Positions 20,063-30,270 are shown, numbered from the stretch's first letter. The stretch is 64,000 nucleotides of DNA from Candidatus Hodarchaeota archaeon (GCA_048886685.1 JBHLKM010000007.1:111190-175189), one strand, 5' to 3'. Notes: a model not told the origin generated them from the letters alone. Translations and numbers: made by a program.

Positions 20063-21208
20063 TCATCTCTCACGTTTACCTTTGATAAAATCAGAAACCC
20101 ATTGTTTAGCAATTACATCAGAAGGCGGTTGAATATGAGGATGTTTAAAACTAAATGAACTAATACTTTCTAATCGTCCAGAAATCCCTCGATCTAATGC
20201 AAGTTTCATGACACGAATTATATCTAATAAAACTCCAGCAGAATTTGGGGAATCTTCAACCCGAAGTTTAACATCCATTACTAAAGGCAAGTTACCATAG
20301 GTAGTTCCATCTATTCTTATATAGCAAACCTTTTTATCTTCAAGAAATGGAACATAATCACTTGGTCCAATTCTACAGTTAACTGGATAAGGGAGAACCG
20401 AAGCAACTGCAGAAGTTTTAGATTTTCGCTTTGTTTGTAAACGATTTTCAAATTTCATATTATAGAAATCACCATTTCCTCCTATATTTAATTGATAGGT
20501 GTCATTAACAACTACCCCTCTATCTAGAAACATTTTAGCTAACACCCTATGGGTAAGAGTAGCCCCTACCTGAGATTTAATGTCATCCCCAGCACAGGGT
20601 AAATCCTTTGATTCAAACTCAGCAACCCAGTCTTTATCACCTTTAATATGTTCAGAAACAATAAATTCAGGTATACCATTTATAAAACCACAATCTGCAT
20701 CAATAGCAGCTTGGACATAGATTCTAGATGCTTTATAACTTCCAACAGGTAAAAGATTAATTAAAATTTCTGCTCCTTTGTCTTTTAATGTCTGAGAAAT
20801 ATTAACAGGTTCTACCTTGCTCTCATCATAAGCCTTAAAGTAATCTAATGTGGATATATGACCATCTTTACTTTCATAGCAGCCATCTGAAATAGGACCA
20901 GGAAAACATAAAGCACCAGTTTTAGGCATTTCATCTGGTTTTACAATCATTTGGCAGCAATTAGGCTCAGCATATATTGCTTCTGAAAGGTCTTTATTTA
21001 TTTTTGTCGTAGCTACATCAAAAGCAGCAACTACCTTAATGTGACGAGGGAGATATCCACCTATACTTGGGTTCATTATACCATTAATGTATAGATCTTC
21101 TTCTTTGATATTTTTGTAGTATTCAATCCCTTGGATTAAAGCAGAGGCACAATTTCCAAGCCCAGCTAAAGCAACCCGTATTTCTTTTTTTCCAGGATTA
21201 TTTCTCAT
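20063..21208 (-). CDS. ino1: myo-inositol-1(3)-phosphate synthase (canonical copy)
   Basis: GLGNCASAL, GDDIKSQVGAT, YQLNIGGNGDF, KRKSKT, GPSDYVPFL.DKK, VEDSPNSAG. Confidence 0.92.
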   Translation of the reverse strand: MRNNPGKKEIRVALAGLGNCASALIQGIEYYKNIKEEDLYINGIMNPSIGGYLPRHIKVVAAFDVATTKINKDLSEAIYAEPNCCQMIVKPDEMPKTGALCFPGPISDGCYESKDGHISTLDYFKAYDESKVEPVNISQTLKDKGAEILINLLPVGSYKASRIYVQAAIDADCGFINGIPEFIVSEHIKGDKDWVAEFESKDLPCAGDDIKSQVGATLTHRVLAKMFLDRGVVVNDTYQLNIGGNGDFYNMKFENRLQTKRKSKTSAVASVLPYPVNCRIGPSDYVPFLEDKKVCYIRIDGTTYGNLPLVMDVKLRVEDSPNSAGVLLDIIRVMKLALDRGISGRLESISSFSFKHPHIQPPSDVIAKQWVSDFIKGKRER

Positions 21209-22277
21209 GAGTTTGATTCCTCCTATTTATTCCTAAAATAAAGTTAGCTAAATTTTTATAGGCCTCAGCTGGATTTCTCACAGCTTTTGGTGGATTTTTG
21301 AATCCATATGCAGAGATTTCATCTATAGATCCCGCAGCGCCTTGATTTATAGCCACTTTAGTAGCTCGAATCACATCCGCTAATACTGAACCTCCATTCG
21401 GTCCATCTTCAGTTTGAATCTTTATGTCCATTATGATTTCAGATCCTAAAAATCCTTTCCCTACAATCCAGAGCATAGAATTTCTTTTGTTATTAAGAAA
21501 TTCAACCCAATCAGAAGTACCTGCGACTATTGGGGCATCTACATTTAATGCACGTGTTACAGACATGCTCTTGATTTCTCGTTTAATTTCTCGTGCGCGA
21601 TAAATTGTATTCAAACTTTCGGCTCCACCACCTACATCGAGAGCATAACTTTCTTCTATATCAATTCCTCTATCTAACATCTGTTGAAGGACCATTTTAT
21701 GTAAAATTGTCGCCCCAAACTGATCTTGTAAATCATCCCCAATTAACGGTAAACCTTTATCATAAAATTTTCTAGCAAATTCCATATCGGTTGCAATCTT
21801 TGTAGGAGTAGCATTGATAAAAGCACATTCCGCCTTGAGAGCTTCATTTGCATAGAATTTTACAGCAATATCTGCTCCAGAAGGTAATAAACACAATACT
21901 ATTTCTGTCCCTGTTGATTTAAAATGTTTTGCAATATCTTTTGATGAGATTTTTGCTGGATTGACACTTCTTTCAGTCTCAGCAATAACACCATCTAAAA
22001 CGTTTCCCATTATAACAGGGACTTTAATTTCGTTTTGAAAGTTAACCAAAATATCTAGTTCATTTTCATAAATTGCTTTAATAATATTTTTCCCTACTTT
22101 TTTTTCTGATATATCTACTGCAGCCACAATTTCAATATCATAAACATGATATCCAGCAAGAGTTGGTCGGAGTAATCCACGATCGTTTGAACCATCTTTA
22201 TAATATTCAATACCTTGGATTAGAGCAGATGCGGCATTACCTATACCAACAATAGCTAACTTAATCTTTTCTGGCAT
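21198..22277 (-). CDS. myo-inositol-1-phosphate synthase paralogue (divergent active-site motifs)
   Basis: Same motif order as ino1 (GIGNAASAL, GDDLQDQFGAT, EDGPNGG, GFKNPP) with several substitutions. Overlaps the downstream ino1 by 11 nt. Confidence 0.8.
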   Translation of the reverse strand: MPEKIKLAIVGIGNAASALIQGIEYYKDGSNDRGLLRPTLAGYHVYDIEIVAAVDISEKKVGKNIIKAIYENELDILVNFQNEIKVPVIMGNVLDGVIAETERSVNPAKISSKDIAKHFKSTGTEIVLCLLPSGADIAVKFYANEALKAECAFINATPTKIATDMEFARKFYDKGLPLIGDDLQDQFGATILHKMVLQQMLDRGIDIEESYALDVGGGAESLNTIYRAREIKREIKSMSVTRALNVDAPIVAGTSDWVEFLNNKRNSMLWIVGKGFLGSEIIMDIKIQTEDGPNGGSVLADVIRATKVAINQGAAGSIDEISAYGFKNPPKAVRNPAEAYKNLANFILGINRRNQTHEK

Positions 22278-22559
22278 AAAAATTCCTCAATATGCATTCT
22301 AAAATTATTTTATCTTAAGAGGTAAATATTTAATTATCTTATGTTTCTAAAAAACTACAAGAAGTCAATTCATGGAATTGCCTATCAAAGGTATATTATT
22401 TTTTCATGATATTTTGGAAGAGTCTAAGGAATATAAAAAAGTCAAATCATCTTCTTTATTATTGTTATTAAAAATTTAACAAATACAGTTAATATAAAAT
22501 TACTGTTATAATTGATTATACGTAGTAATAATATCTTCTAACGCTTAAATGGGCTAATT

Positions 22560-25445
22560 ATGAAGGAAATAAACGAAAGAAAACTGACACCTATGTTAAA
22601 GCATTGGTACTCTATTCGTAAAAGATTTCCTTCAGATTACTTGATTTCCTACCGAATGGGTGATTTCTTCGAGTTTTTCTATGACGATGCTGAAAGAATT
22701 TCGAAGCTTCTAGGAATCACATTGACAAAGAGAGGAGATGTTCCATTGGCTGGAATCCCACACCATTCAGGTCATAATTATTTCAACAATCTTATGAATC
22801 TTAATCAAACTGTAGTAATAGTTGATCAGTTAGAAGATCCTGCAACAGTAAAAGGTCGGATAGTAAAAAGAGGAGTTACTCGAATCTTATCTCCAGGAAC
22901 TATTATCGAACCTAACATGTTAAATGCAAATAGAAATAATTATTTGGCATCGATGATTAAAGAGAGAACTGGTTTTGCAGTTGCGTTTGCTGACATATCA
23001 ACTGGAGAATTTTCGACTGTTGAATTTTCTGCTAAAGAGGAGAATCCTCAGGAAAGATTACTTAGTATCTTTTCTCAATATGATCCAGCTGAATTAATTA
23101 TTCCTCCAGAACTCAAGCAAGATGAAAGGTTTTTCCTTATATTAACTGATTTAACAGATGCAATTATAAAAACGTATGAGGAATATGTTTTCAATTATGA
23201 TGAGGCCTATACTATTTTAACACGACATTTCAAGGTTTCTAATCTAGAAGGTTTTGGATTAGAAGGTCGAATATTAGCAATTCAGGCTGCTGGTGGGCTA
23301 TTAGCTTTTTTAAAGGAAACGCAGAGAGATATTGTACCAAATATATTTAAGATTAATGTAATTCAAGAGAAAAATATTCTTCATTTAGATTATATTACCC
23401 AGAGAAATTTGGAACTAATTCATTCCTTATGGGAAAAAGGTAAAGATGTTACTTTATATAGCGTATTCAACCACACTCATACACCGATGGGAGCAAGATT
23501 GTTGAGAAAATTCATTTTACGACCATTAACTAACATTCAGCAAATTAATAACAGATTAAATATAGTTCAGAAGTTTAAGGACGATATCTTCTTAAGATCT
23601 GATTTAAGGGAAGAATTAAAAATATTAGGTGATCTTGAAAGATTTATCAATAAACTAAATTATTCTGGTCGAACAAATGCACGCGATTTAGTCAATATTA
23701 AGCACTCATTAGAAAAAATTCCAAAAATTAAGGAGATTTTAGTCAAAGCGGATATACCTGAAATTTCGCATTTTATTGAGAACATTAGACCCTTTGATAA
23801 GATTAAGGGTCTCATTGAAAATGCAATTAAAGAAAATCCACCAACCAAAATTAGAGAAGGTGATATTATCAAGGATGGCTTTAATGAGAAAGTTGATGAT
23901 CTGAGAGACATTGTTAATAATGGAAAAAAATATATCTTAAGATATGAAGAAGGGCAGAAAAAAAGGTGGAATTTAACTTCAGGTTTAAAAGTGGGGTATA
24001 ACAATATTCTAGGGTATTATATTGAAATAACCTTAAGAACTTTACAAATAATATCCAAAGTACCCGAGGATTATGTAGAAAGAGCAACTTTAAAGAATGC
24101 TAAAAGATTTACCACAGAGGAGTTGAAAGCATTAGAAGAAAAAATTGTGAATGCTGAAGAACAAGTCGGTAATTTAGAATTTGAGATTTTTAATGAAATA
24201 CGTGATAAGGTAGAAAAAGAAACAGAAAATATTCTTGAAACTGCTAGAAATATAGCAATTATAGATGTTCTAGCTTGTTTTGCTGAAATTGCCGAGAAAT
24301 ATGATTACTGCAGACCAATTGTTAATGACGATTCAAAAATAATTATTAAGGAGGGAAGACATCCTGTAGTCGAACAATTGAATATCACTGAGCACTTCAT
24401 TCCTAACGATTGCTACTTAGATAATGAAACTGATCAATTATTAATTATAACCGGTCCGAATATGGCAGGTAAAAGTACTTATCTCAGACAAGTAGCCTTA
24501 ATTTGTATAATAGCACAAATGGGGTGCTTTGTTCCAGCAAAATCTGCCACGATTGGAATAATCGATCAAATTTTTACACGTATAGGAGCTTCAGATGATC
24601 TGGCAAGAAAATTAAGTACGTTTATGATAGAGATGACTGAAACAGCTAAAATTTTAAATTACGCCACCCCAAAAAGTCTAATAATTATAGATGAACTGGG
24701 CAGAGGAACTAGTACAAGTGATGGGCAAAGTATCGCAATGGCTACTCTTGAAAAACTTAATCAACTAAATATTAAGACGCTTTTTAGTACTCATTATCAC
24801 CAGTTAACAGAAATAAATTTACCAAGAGTAAAAAATTACCATTTGGATATAATTGAGAATGATGATGGTAGTATTAACTTTGTAAGAAAATTAAGACCTG
24901 GTAGCACTGATAAATCCTATGGGATTCATATCGCAAAATTAGCAGGTATTCCTGATGATGTTATTATAAGAGCATTTGAGCTTCTTGAACAAATAGAAGA
25001 AAAGGATCCTTTCAGAACGACAGTTAGAGATAATGGTAATAGCATTTCATCAGGTAAAATTTATAATAAATTTATAAATGGTAAAAAACATAAACTTGAA
25101 AAATTAAACTTCGAATTAAATTTAGTTAAAGAGAAATTGGTAAATTCAAATGAGGAATTAACTAGAAAAGAAAATGAGTTAGATAGAAAGAAAAAAGAGA
25201 TGAAGGAATTAGATACAAAAATAAAAACAAGTAAAGCAAAAGCTGTTCAAAGTAAAGTTTCAGGTAAGAAAAAATATGTACAAACAATCCTATTTGAACC
25301 TTCTAAAAAGAAAGAAAGTAAAATGAATGAGTACATATTCAATTTAGTCAATAATCTTAAAGAATTAGAAATAGATAAACTATCGCCCGATAATTTGAAA
25401 GAAAAAATAACTGAACTCAAAAAGAAATTAGAGAAACATATTTAA
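22560..25445 (+). CDS. mutS: DNA mismatch repair protein MutS1
   Basis: LTPM, RMGDFFEFF..DA (Phe-X-Glu), GRHPVVE, TGPNMAGKST, STFMIEM, DELGRGT, STHYH, SYGIHIA. Confidence 0.96.
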   Translation: MKEINERKLTPMLKHWYSIRKRFPSDYLISYRMGDFFEFFYDDAERISKLLGITLTKRGDVPLAGIPHHSGHNYFNNLMNLNQTVVIVDQLEDPATVKGRIVKRGVTRILSPGTIIEPNMLNANRNNYLASMIKERTGFAVAFADISTGEFSTVEFSAKEENPQERLLSIFSQYDPAELIIPPELKQDERFFLILTDLTDAIIKTYEEYVFNYDEAYTILTRHFKVSNLEGFGLEGRILAIQAAGGLLAFLKETQRDIVPNIFKINVIQEKNILHLDYITQRNLELIHSLWEKGKDVTLYSVFNHTHTPMGARLLRKFILRPLTNIQQINNRLNIVQKFKDDIFLRSDLREELKILGDLERFINKLNYSGRTNARDLVNIKHSLEKIPKIKEILVKADIPEISHFIENIRPFDKIKGLIENAIKENPPTKIREGDIIKDGFNEKVDDLRDIVNNGKKYILRYEEGQKKRWNLTSGLKVGYNNILGYYIEITLRTLQIISKVPEDYVERATLKNAKRFTTEELKALEEKIVNAEEQVGNLEFEIFNEIRDKVEKETENILETARNIAIIDVLACFAEIAEKYDYCRPIVNDDSKIIIKEGRHPVVEQLNITEHFIPNDCYLDNETDQLLIITGPNMAGKSTYLRQVALICIIAQMGCFVPAKSATIGIIDQIFTRIGASDDLARKLSTFMIEMTETAKILNYATPKSLIIIDELGRGTSTSDGQSIAMATLEKLNQLNIKTLFSTHYHQLTEINLPRVKNYHLDIIENDDGSINFVRKLRPGSTDKSYGIHIAKLAGIPDDVIIRAFELLEQIEEKDPFRTTVRDNGNSISSGKIYNKFINGKKHKLEKLNFELNLVKEKLVNSNEELTRKENELDRKKKEMKELDTKIKTSKAKAVQSKVSGKKKYVQTILFEPSKKKESKMNEYIFNLVNNLKELEIDKLSPDNLKEKITELKKKLEKHI

Positions 25446-26353
25446 CCTAAAACTACGGGAATGATAAACACAATCGTAGTTAGATATATATAATATATTG
25501 ATATTATTGAAACTAGTATTATTCGATAAAGATTCTTCCTTTCTTCGGTTTCAATGTTTTCTAAGAAGGTTATTAACAATAAAGCTATGAACATTAAATG
25601 AGAAGGTTGTAAAGCTTTCCAGATAACTGAATCAATTATTAAAAATCCATGAACTTCAGCATCACTATGACCCCAATTTTTTACCATTTGGAAGAAATAC
25701 TCAGGGAAAATCATGTATGGGATGCATATAATTGCAAAAGGGATTAGATAATAGATAAGATCTTTAAATTTAATTTTTCTAATTATTAATAATACAGGCA
25801 CAAATAGAATCGCAGTTATTTTAAAAGTAGCAAGAGTAAAGAGAATACCCGCAATCCATTTTTGATCTTTTTCTAAATATATAAATGAATAAAATAAAAG
25901 AAATACAATTAAGAAATTTACATTGTTATAATAGGCATCGATACTATACCCGATAGTACCGAATACATAAAAAATGAGCAAATCTTTTTTATTTTTAAAT
26001 ACTTTAGGCGATTCTTTTATTACTATAATCATTAAAATCAATCTTAAGGCATCCCAAACGTACACACCTATTAGTCCTTCGGTAGGAATTATCCATATAT
26101 AGAAAAAAAGATAATACCAAAAATATAGGTAATAAGGAGGCCAATCGGATATAGTTATTGGATCATAAAAATCTATAAGACCGTTTTCCATACCCTCTAA
26201 CAAGATTTTAAAATCAATATCTTTTGTCTCTTTTATCCAAGGGGAAATTTCAAAGAAATATAAAATGATTCTCAGTATAATAAAAAAAATTGTGATTCCT
26301 GTAAAAATATAAATGAAATACTTGTGAAGGGGATATTCTTTCTCTGTACTCAT
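25442..26353 (-). CDS. Polytopic membrane GT-C glycosyltransferase, GT87/DUF2029-like
   Basis: About 8 TM helices; DIDF acidic loop after TM1; WPPYYLY; AGILFTLATFK motif. Confidence 0.6.
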   Translation of the reverse strand: MSTEKEYPLHKYFIYIFTGITIFFIILRIILYFFEISPWIKETKDIDFKILLEGMENGLIDFYDPITISDWPPYYLYFWYYLFFYIWIIPTEGLIGVYVWDALRLILMIIVIKESPKVFKNKKDLLIFYVFGTIGYSIDAYYNNVNFLIVFLLFYSFIYLEKDQKWIAGILFTLATFKITAILFVPVLLIIRKIKFKDLIYYLIPFAIICIPYMIFPEYFFQMVKNWGHSDAEVHGFLIIDSVIWKALQPSHLMFIALLLITFLENIETEERKNLYRIILVSIISIYYIYLTTIVFIIPVVLG

Positions 26354-26555
26354 ATCTATTTATTAATTTCTTGTTTTTATTGCTATGTAAATTACTTTTA
26401 TATATTAAAGGAAATTTAAAAGACTTACTTATAGGCTTTTGAGTTAGATTTATTTAAACCTTAATAGAGTATTATTTTAAATTTGATTGTAATGTGAAAT
26501 ATATTAGGGTTAAAGAATTATAAATTCCTTGAAGATAAATTGTAAAAATTATAAT

Positions 26556-28406
26556 ATGACTGTGAAAGTAGCTAAAATAAGAAAGATATTAGATGCTGAA
26601 AAAATAGCAGCAGGGGAAGTGGTTGAAAGACCTGCCAATATAGTGAAAGAACTTATTGAAAATAGTATTGATGCTGGAGCTAAAGAAATAAGGGTGATTG
26701 TCAGAAAAGCAGGTAAAACTTTAATTCAAGTAATTGATGATGGGATAGGTATTTCACCTGAAGATATTGAAGTTGCATTTGAAAGGCATACCAGTAGTAA
26801 AATTAGGAGTATTGAAGATCTTGATACGCTTTCTACTTTAGGCTTTAGAGGTGAGGCACTTGCGAGCATTGCTGCCGTGAGTCAAGTTGAGATTATTTCA
26901 AGAACCAGCCAGAATGAAAGAGGTGTACAATTAAATATAGAAGGGGGAAAATTCAAAGAAAAAAAGGAAGTATCATGTCAAGTTGGAACAAATATCAGGG
27001 TCAAAAATATTTTTTATAATATCCCTGCACGGCAGAAATTCTTAAAGAAAGATTCTACAGAACTTAGCCATATTACAGATATTATGCAGAGATACTCGTT
27101 GGCATTCCCTAAACTCCATTTTATTTATCGTCATAATGATTTGGATATTTTAAACTGTCCTGCAAATAATGATTTAAACACAACAGTATTCCATATCTAT
27201 GGGAGAAATATCGTTAGATTTATGGAATCTGTAGAATTTAGTGAAAAAGATCCTTTTATTAAAATATCAGGATTATTAGGACATCCACAAATTGCTAAAA
27301 AAAGTAGAAATTATTCAAGTTTATTCCTCAATAATCGTTATGTTATTAGTGATGTCTTATTTAGAGCAATAAAGGAAGCTTATGAAGGAACCTTGATGAT
27401 AAATAGATATCCTTTTTTTGTATTATTCCTGGAACTTGATCCAACAGTTGTAGACTTTAATGTTCATCCAAAGAAACTCCATGTTAGATTTGAAAAAGAA
27501 GAAGCGCTATATAATAAGGTGTACAATATAATACGAGGTTTTATCGAAGAAAGATTCATAAATAAAGAAGCAAAGTATATTTCAACTGAGTTGGAGGATT
27601 TTGGCCCAAAGAGTAAAAAAGAATTAGGTGTTTTTGAAGAACCTATAGAAGAAATAAAGGAAATAATAGTAGATAAAAAAGGAGTAATTGAAGATAGTGT
27701 TCAATTGGATTTAATGGATCAAGTAGTTGAAAAAAAATTGGGGAAAAAATATTTGCCTGATTCTTATATTAGAGGGAAATACATAATTTCAAAGGATTTT
27801 CCAAAGATTCGTCTAATTTCTTATACAGGCCAATTACAAAATAAAAAATATGTTGTTTTAGAAGGAATTAACGAGAATAATGAAGAGGGAATCTTTATTT
27901 TAGACCAACATGCTGCGTCAGAAAGGATAAAGAAAGAAGAACTTTTGAATGCTTATGATAGTGCTAAATTAAGTAAGCAGAAATTAATCCAACCACTAAA
28001 AATTGATGTGTCACCTAGTGATAAGATATTTATGGAAGATAATTTAAACGAAATTAAGAAACTTGGATTTAATTTTGAATATTTCGGAGGTAATACTTTT
28101 ATTTTAAGAGAAATTCCTACGATAATGAATAAAATTCCTGATATTAGTGTTATTAAAGGAATTGTTAGTGATATTACTGAAATTGGAAAGGATAAAAGCT
28201 TTAAAGAAGTAAAAGAAGAAATTATCAACTATCTAGCTTGTCATAAATCTGTAAGAGGTGGGGATGACTTATCCTTAAAGGATATACGCAGTCTGCTTAT
28301 CGATTTAGCAGCATGTAAAGATTCTTATCATTGTGCTCATGGAAGACCCACATTAAGATTTCTTTCATATAATGAATTAGATAAATTATTTAAAAGAACA
28401 GGTTAA
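26556..28406 (+). CDS. mutL: DNA mismatch repair endonuclease MutL
   Basis: IAAGEVVERP, KELIENSIDAGA, GFRGEALASI, DFNVHPKK; endonuclease motifs DQHAASERIKKE, ACH, CAHGRP. ATG at 26556 preferred. Confidence 0.96.
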   Translation: MTVKVAKIRKILDAEKIAAGEVVERPANIVKELIENSIDAGAKEIRVIVRKAGKTLIQVIDDGIGISPEDIEVAFERHTSSKIRSIEDLDTLSTLGFRGEALASIAAVSQVEIISRTSQNERGVQLNIEGGKFKEKKEVSCQVGTNIRVKNIFYNIPARQKFLKKDSTELSHITDIMQRYSLAFPKLHFIYRHNDLDILNCPANNDLNTTVFHIYGRNIVRFMESVEFSEKDPFIKISGLLGHPQIAKKSRNYSSLFLNNRYVISDVLFRAIKEAYEGTLMINRYPFFVLFLELDPTVVDFNVHPKKLHVRFEKEEALYNKVYNIIRGFIEERFINKEAKYISTELEDFGPKSKKELGVFEEPIEEIKEIIVDKKGVIEDSVQLDLMDQVVEKKLGKKYLPDSYIRGKYIISKDFPKIRLISYTGQLQNKKYVVLEGINENNEEGIFILDQHAASERIKKEELLNAYDSAKLSKQKLIQPLKIDVSPSDKIFMEDNLNEIKKLGFNFEYFGGNTFILREIPTIMNKIPDISVIKGIVSDITEIGKDKSFKEVKEEIINYLACHKSVRGGDDLSLKDIRSLLIDLAACKDSYHCAHGRPTLRFLSYNELDKLFKRTG

Positions 28407-28425
28407 AAAAACAGAAATTTTTTAT

Positions 28426-28692
28426 TTATGCTTTTGAGAAAGCAATAGCTTCTATACCTTGAATACCATCAACTTGACCAAAAAATTCTTCAAGCTTATC
28501 TGTACCACCCCATTCTTCAGGATATCGCACCCTTACTCTCGCTTTTTGCAAACCAAAAGCAACGGGAAGCACATCATAATGCTCGAGAGTACAAGTCTCA
28601 GGTAATATTTCCTTTAATTTACCTACAAAAGCTTCAAAATTCACATCTGTATCTTCTGGAATAACATCAATTAAAGCTATAAATTCTCCCAT
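28426..28692 (-). CDS. ef1b: Archaeal translation elongation factor 1-beta
   Basis: V.PE..DVN, PVAFGL, GGTD.LE motifs. Likely start is ATG 28692 (MGEF), since the ORF-track extension overlaps the upstream Zn-ribbon gene. Confidence 0.9.
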   Translation of the reverse strand: MGEFIALIDVIPEDTDVNFEAFVGKLKEILPETCTLEHYDVLPVAFGLQKARVRVRYPEEWGGTDKLEEFFGQVDGIQGIEAIAFSKA

Positions 28693-28718
28693 TATAATCA
28701 TATCCTCTATTAAATTTT

Positions 28719-28895
28719 CTAAGGTCCCTCGAAATCGCATTTTAAACAACGAAATGAGTTTCCCGATTCCCTACAGCGTTCACATCTCCAGATTGTGACA
28801 TCTCCACATTGAGGGCAAGGAAAATGTACAGCAGATTCGTAAGGAGTTATCGGCCTGCCACAGCCAAAGCAATTATTTCTTTTGTAAGCCGACAT
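28719..28895 (-). CDS. Zn-ribbon protein, HVO_2753/DUF1610 family (absent from ORF track, 58 aa)
   Basis: Hand translation MSAYKRNNCFGCGRPITPYESAVHFPCPQCGDVTIWRCERCRESGNSFRCLKCDFEGP*. Four CxxC pairs and C-terminal FEGP; usual archaeal position upstream of aEF-1beta. Confidence 0.9.
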   Translation of the reverse strand: MSAYKRNNCFGCGRPITPYESAVHFPCPQCGDVTIWRCERCRESGNSFRCLKCDFEGP

Positions 28896-29125
28896 TGCTA
28901 TATTATTAAAATTGAAATTTAGATAATAAAATATATAATAACTTTAATTGTTTTCTAATTTCAATATCTCTTTAGATTTAAACGAGAAATCTTAATATGA
29001 TCAACATTTTAAAATTAACTTAATTATTAACAAAGAAAATATAAATCAAAATTTATATTAATCAACACCCTAGTTTGCATATAAATTAAATGATTTAATT
29101 TCCACTTACCTTAGAGTAGATTATA

Positions 29126-29656
29126 ATGCCAGAAAATAAAGTAAAAAAATATTTCCAACTTATTGAAGCATGGGCATGGTGTGATATCTGTGAAGATATG
29201 ATTTCATTGAATATAGATAAAAACGAGATTATTAGTGGTCTTGAAATGGGTATTTATACAAAAGAATATAAGCATGCCAATCCTAATCCTGATCTAGAAG
29301 ACACAGATGATGTTTCTGGACAAGAACATACGATTTATGTCTATATCAATGATAATTATGACATTACAGGAGTTAAATCCTTTTTTGGTGAATCTCCTAC
29401 TACTGAAGAAATTGGAGCAGAAACAGCAGAAGCGGGTGGTGAAGTGAGAATTCCCGTAGTTGTAAAGGAAATTCCTCCTATGGCTGTACAGTTAGGAATG
29501 CTTACAAAGGACCAATTTAAAGTCCTTAAAATTTGTGATGGTATGAATACAATTGAGGAAGTAGCTTCAATTGCTCAAATAAGCGAAAATGAAATTGAAA
29601 AAATGATGGACCAGCTCCGAAAAAAAGGATTAGTAAGAGTCATTAAAAGAACTTAA
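29126..29656 (+). CDS. Putative Zn-binding (CxxC..H..H) domain + C-terminal winged-helix protein
   Basis: WCDIC...YKH...EHTIYVYIND, then LKICDGMNTIEEVA...LRKKGLV wHTH. Confidence 0.7.
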   Translation: MPENKVKKYFQLIEAWAWCDICEDMISLNIDKNEIISGLEMGIYTKEYKHANPNPDLEDTDDVSGQEHTIYVYINDNYDITGVKSFFGESPTTEEIGAETAEAGGEVRIPVVVKEIPPMAVQLGMLTKDQFKVLKICDGMNTIEEVASIAQISENEIEKMMDQLRKKGLVRVIKRT

Positions 29657-29715
29657 AATCTTTATAAATAGTTAAAGTTTAGCTGAGATAATCAAATTTC
29701 AAAAGGTATTTCTAT

Positions 29716-30270
29716 CTACTTGTTAAAGTTCCGAGTATTGTAAACCAGTTCAATTTGTCTATTTAATATTGAAGTTAGAAAATAAAAAGCTTCATTTACA
29801 TTAAGACCTGTTTTTGAAGATGTTGTGAAATATTTTAGAAATTTATGTTTTTCCATTAGATTTAAGATTTCTTCTTCTCTAACAAGAATTTTATCTTCCA
29901 AATCGGCTTTTGTTCCTATTAAAACCATTGGTATAGTTTTGTTTTGTTGTTCTATAAGATCAACCCAATCATCAATCCTTTCTAAAAATCGAGGATTTTT
30001 TGTTAAATCAAACAATACTAATGCGCCCTTAGCACCCATAACAAAACTATCTAAGAGAAATCTAAAGCGCTCTTGTCCAGAAAAATCCCAGATTTGAAGT
30101 GAAGTAGAAGCACCAGTCGCAAAAGTAAGGACTTTATTGAAAATCTCAACACCAATCGTCATCTTAGTATCAAACTTAAATCGATTTTCTATATATCTAT
30201 GCAAGAGAGTAGTCTTTCCAACTCCACCATCCCCCGCAACGATAATTTTAAATGTAGATTTAGCTGGCAT
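29716..30270 (-). CDS. Rab/Ras-like small GTPase
   Basis: GDGGVGKT, MTIG (switch I), WDFSGQERF, GTKAD, TSSKTG. No C-terminal prenylation Cys. Confidence 0.93.
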   Translation of the reverse strand: MPAKSTFKIIVAGDGGVGKTTLLHRYIENRFKFDTKMTIGVEIFNKVLTFATGASTSLQIWDFSGQERFRFLLDSFVMGAKGALVLFDLTKNPRFLERIDDWVDLIEQQNKTIPMVLIGTKADLEDKILVREEEILNLMEKHKFLKYFTTSSKTGLNVNEAFYFLTSILNRQIELVYNTRNFNK

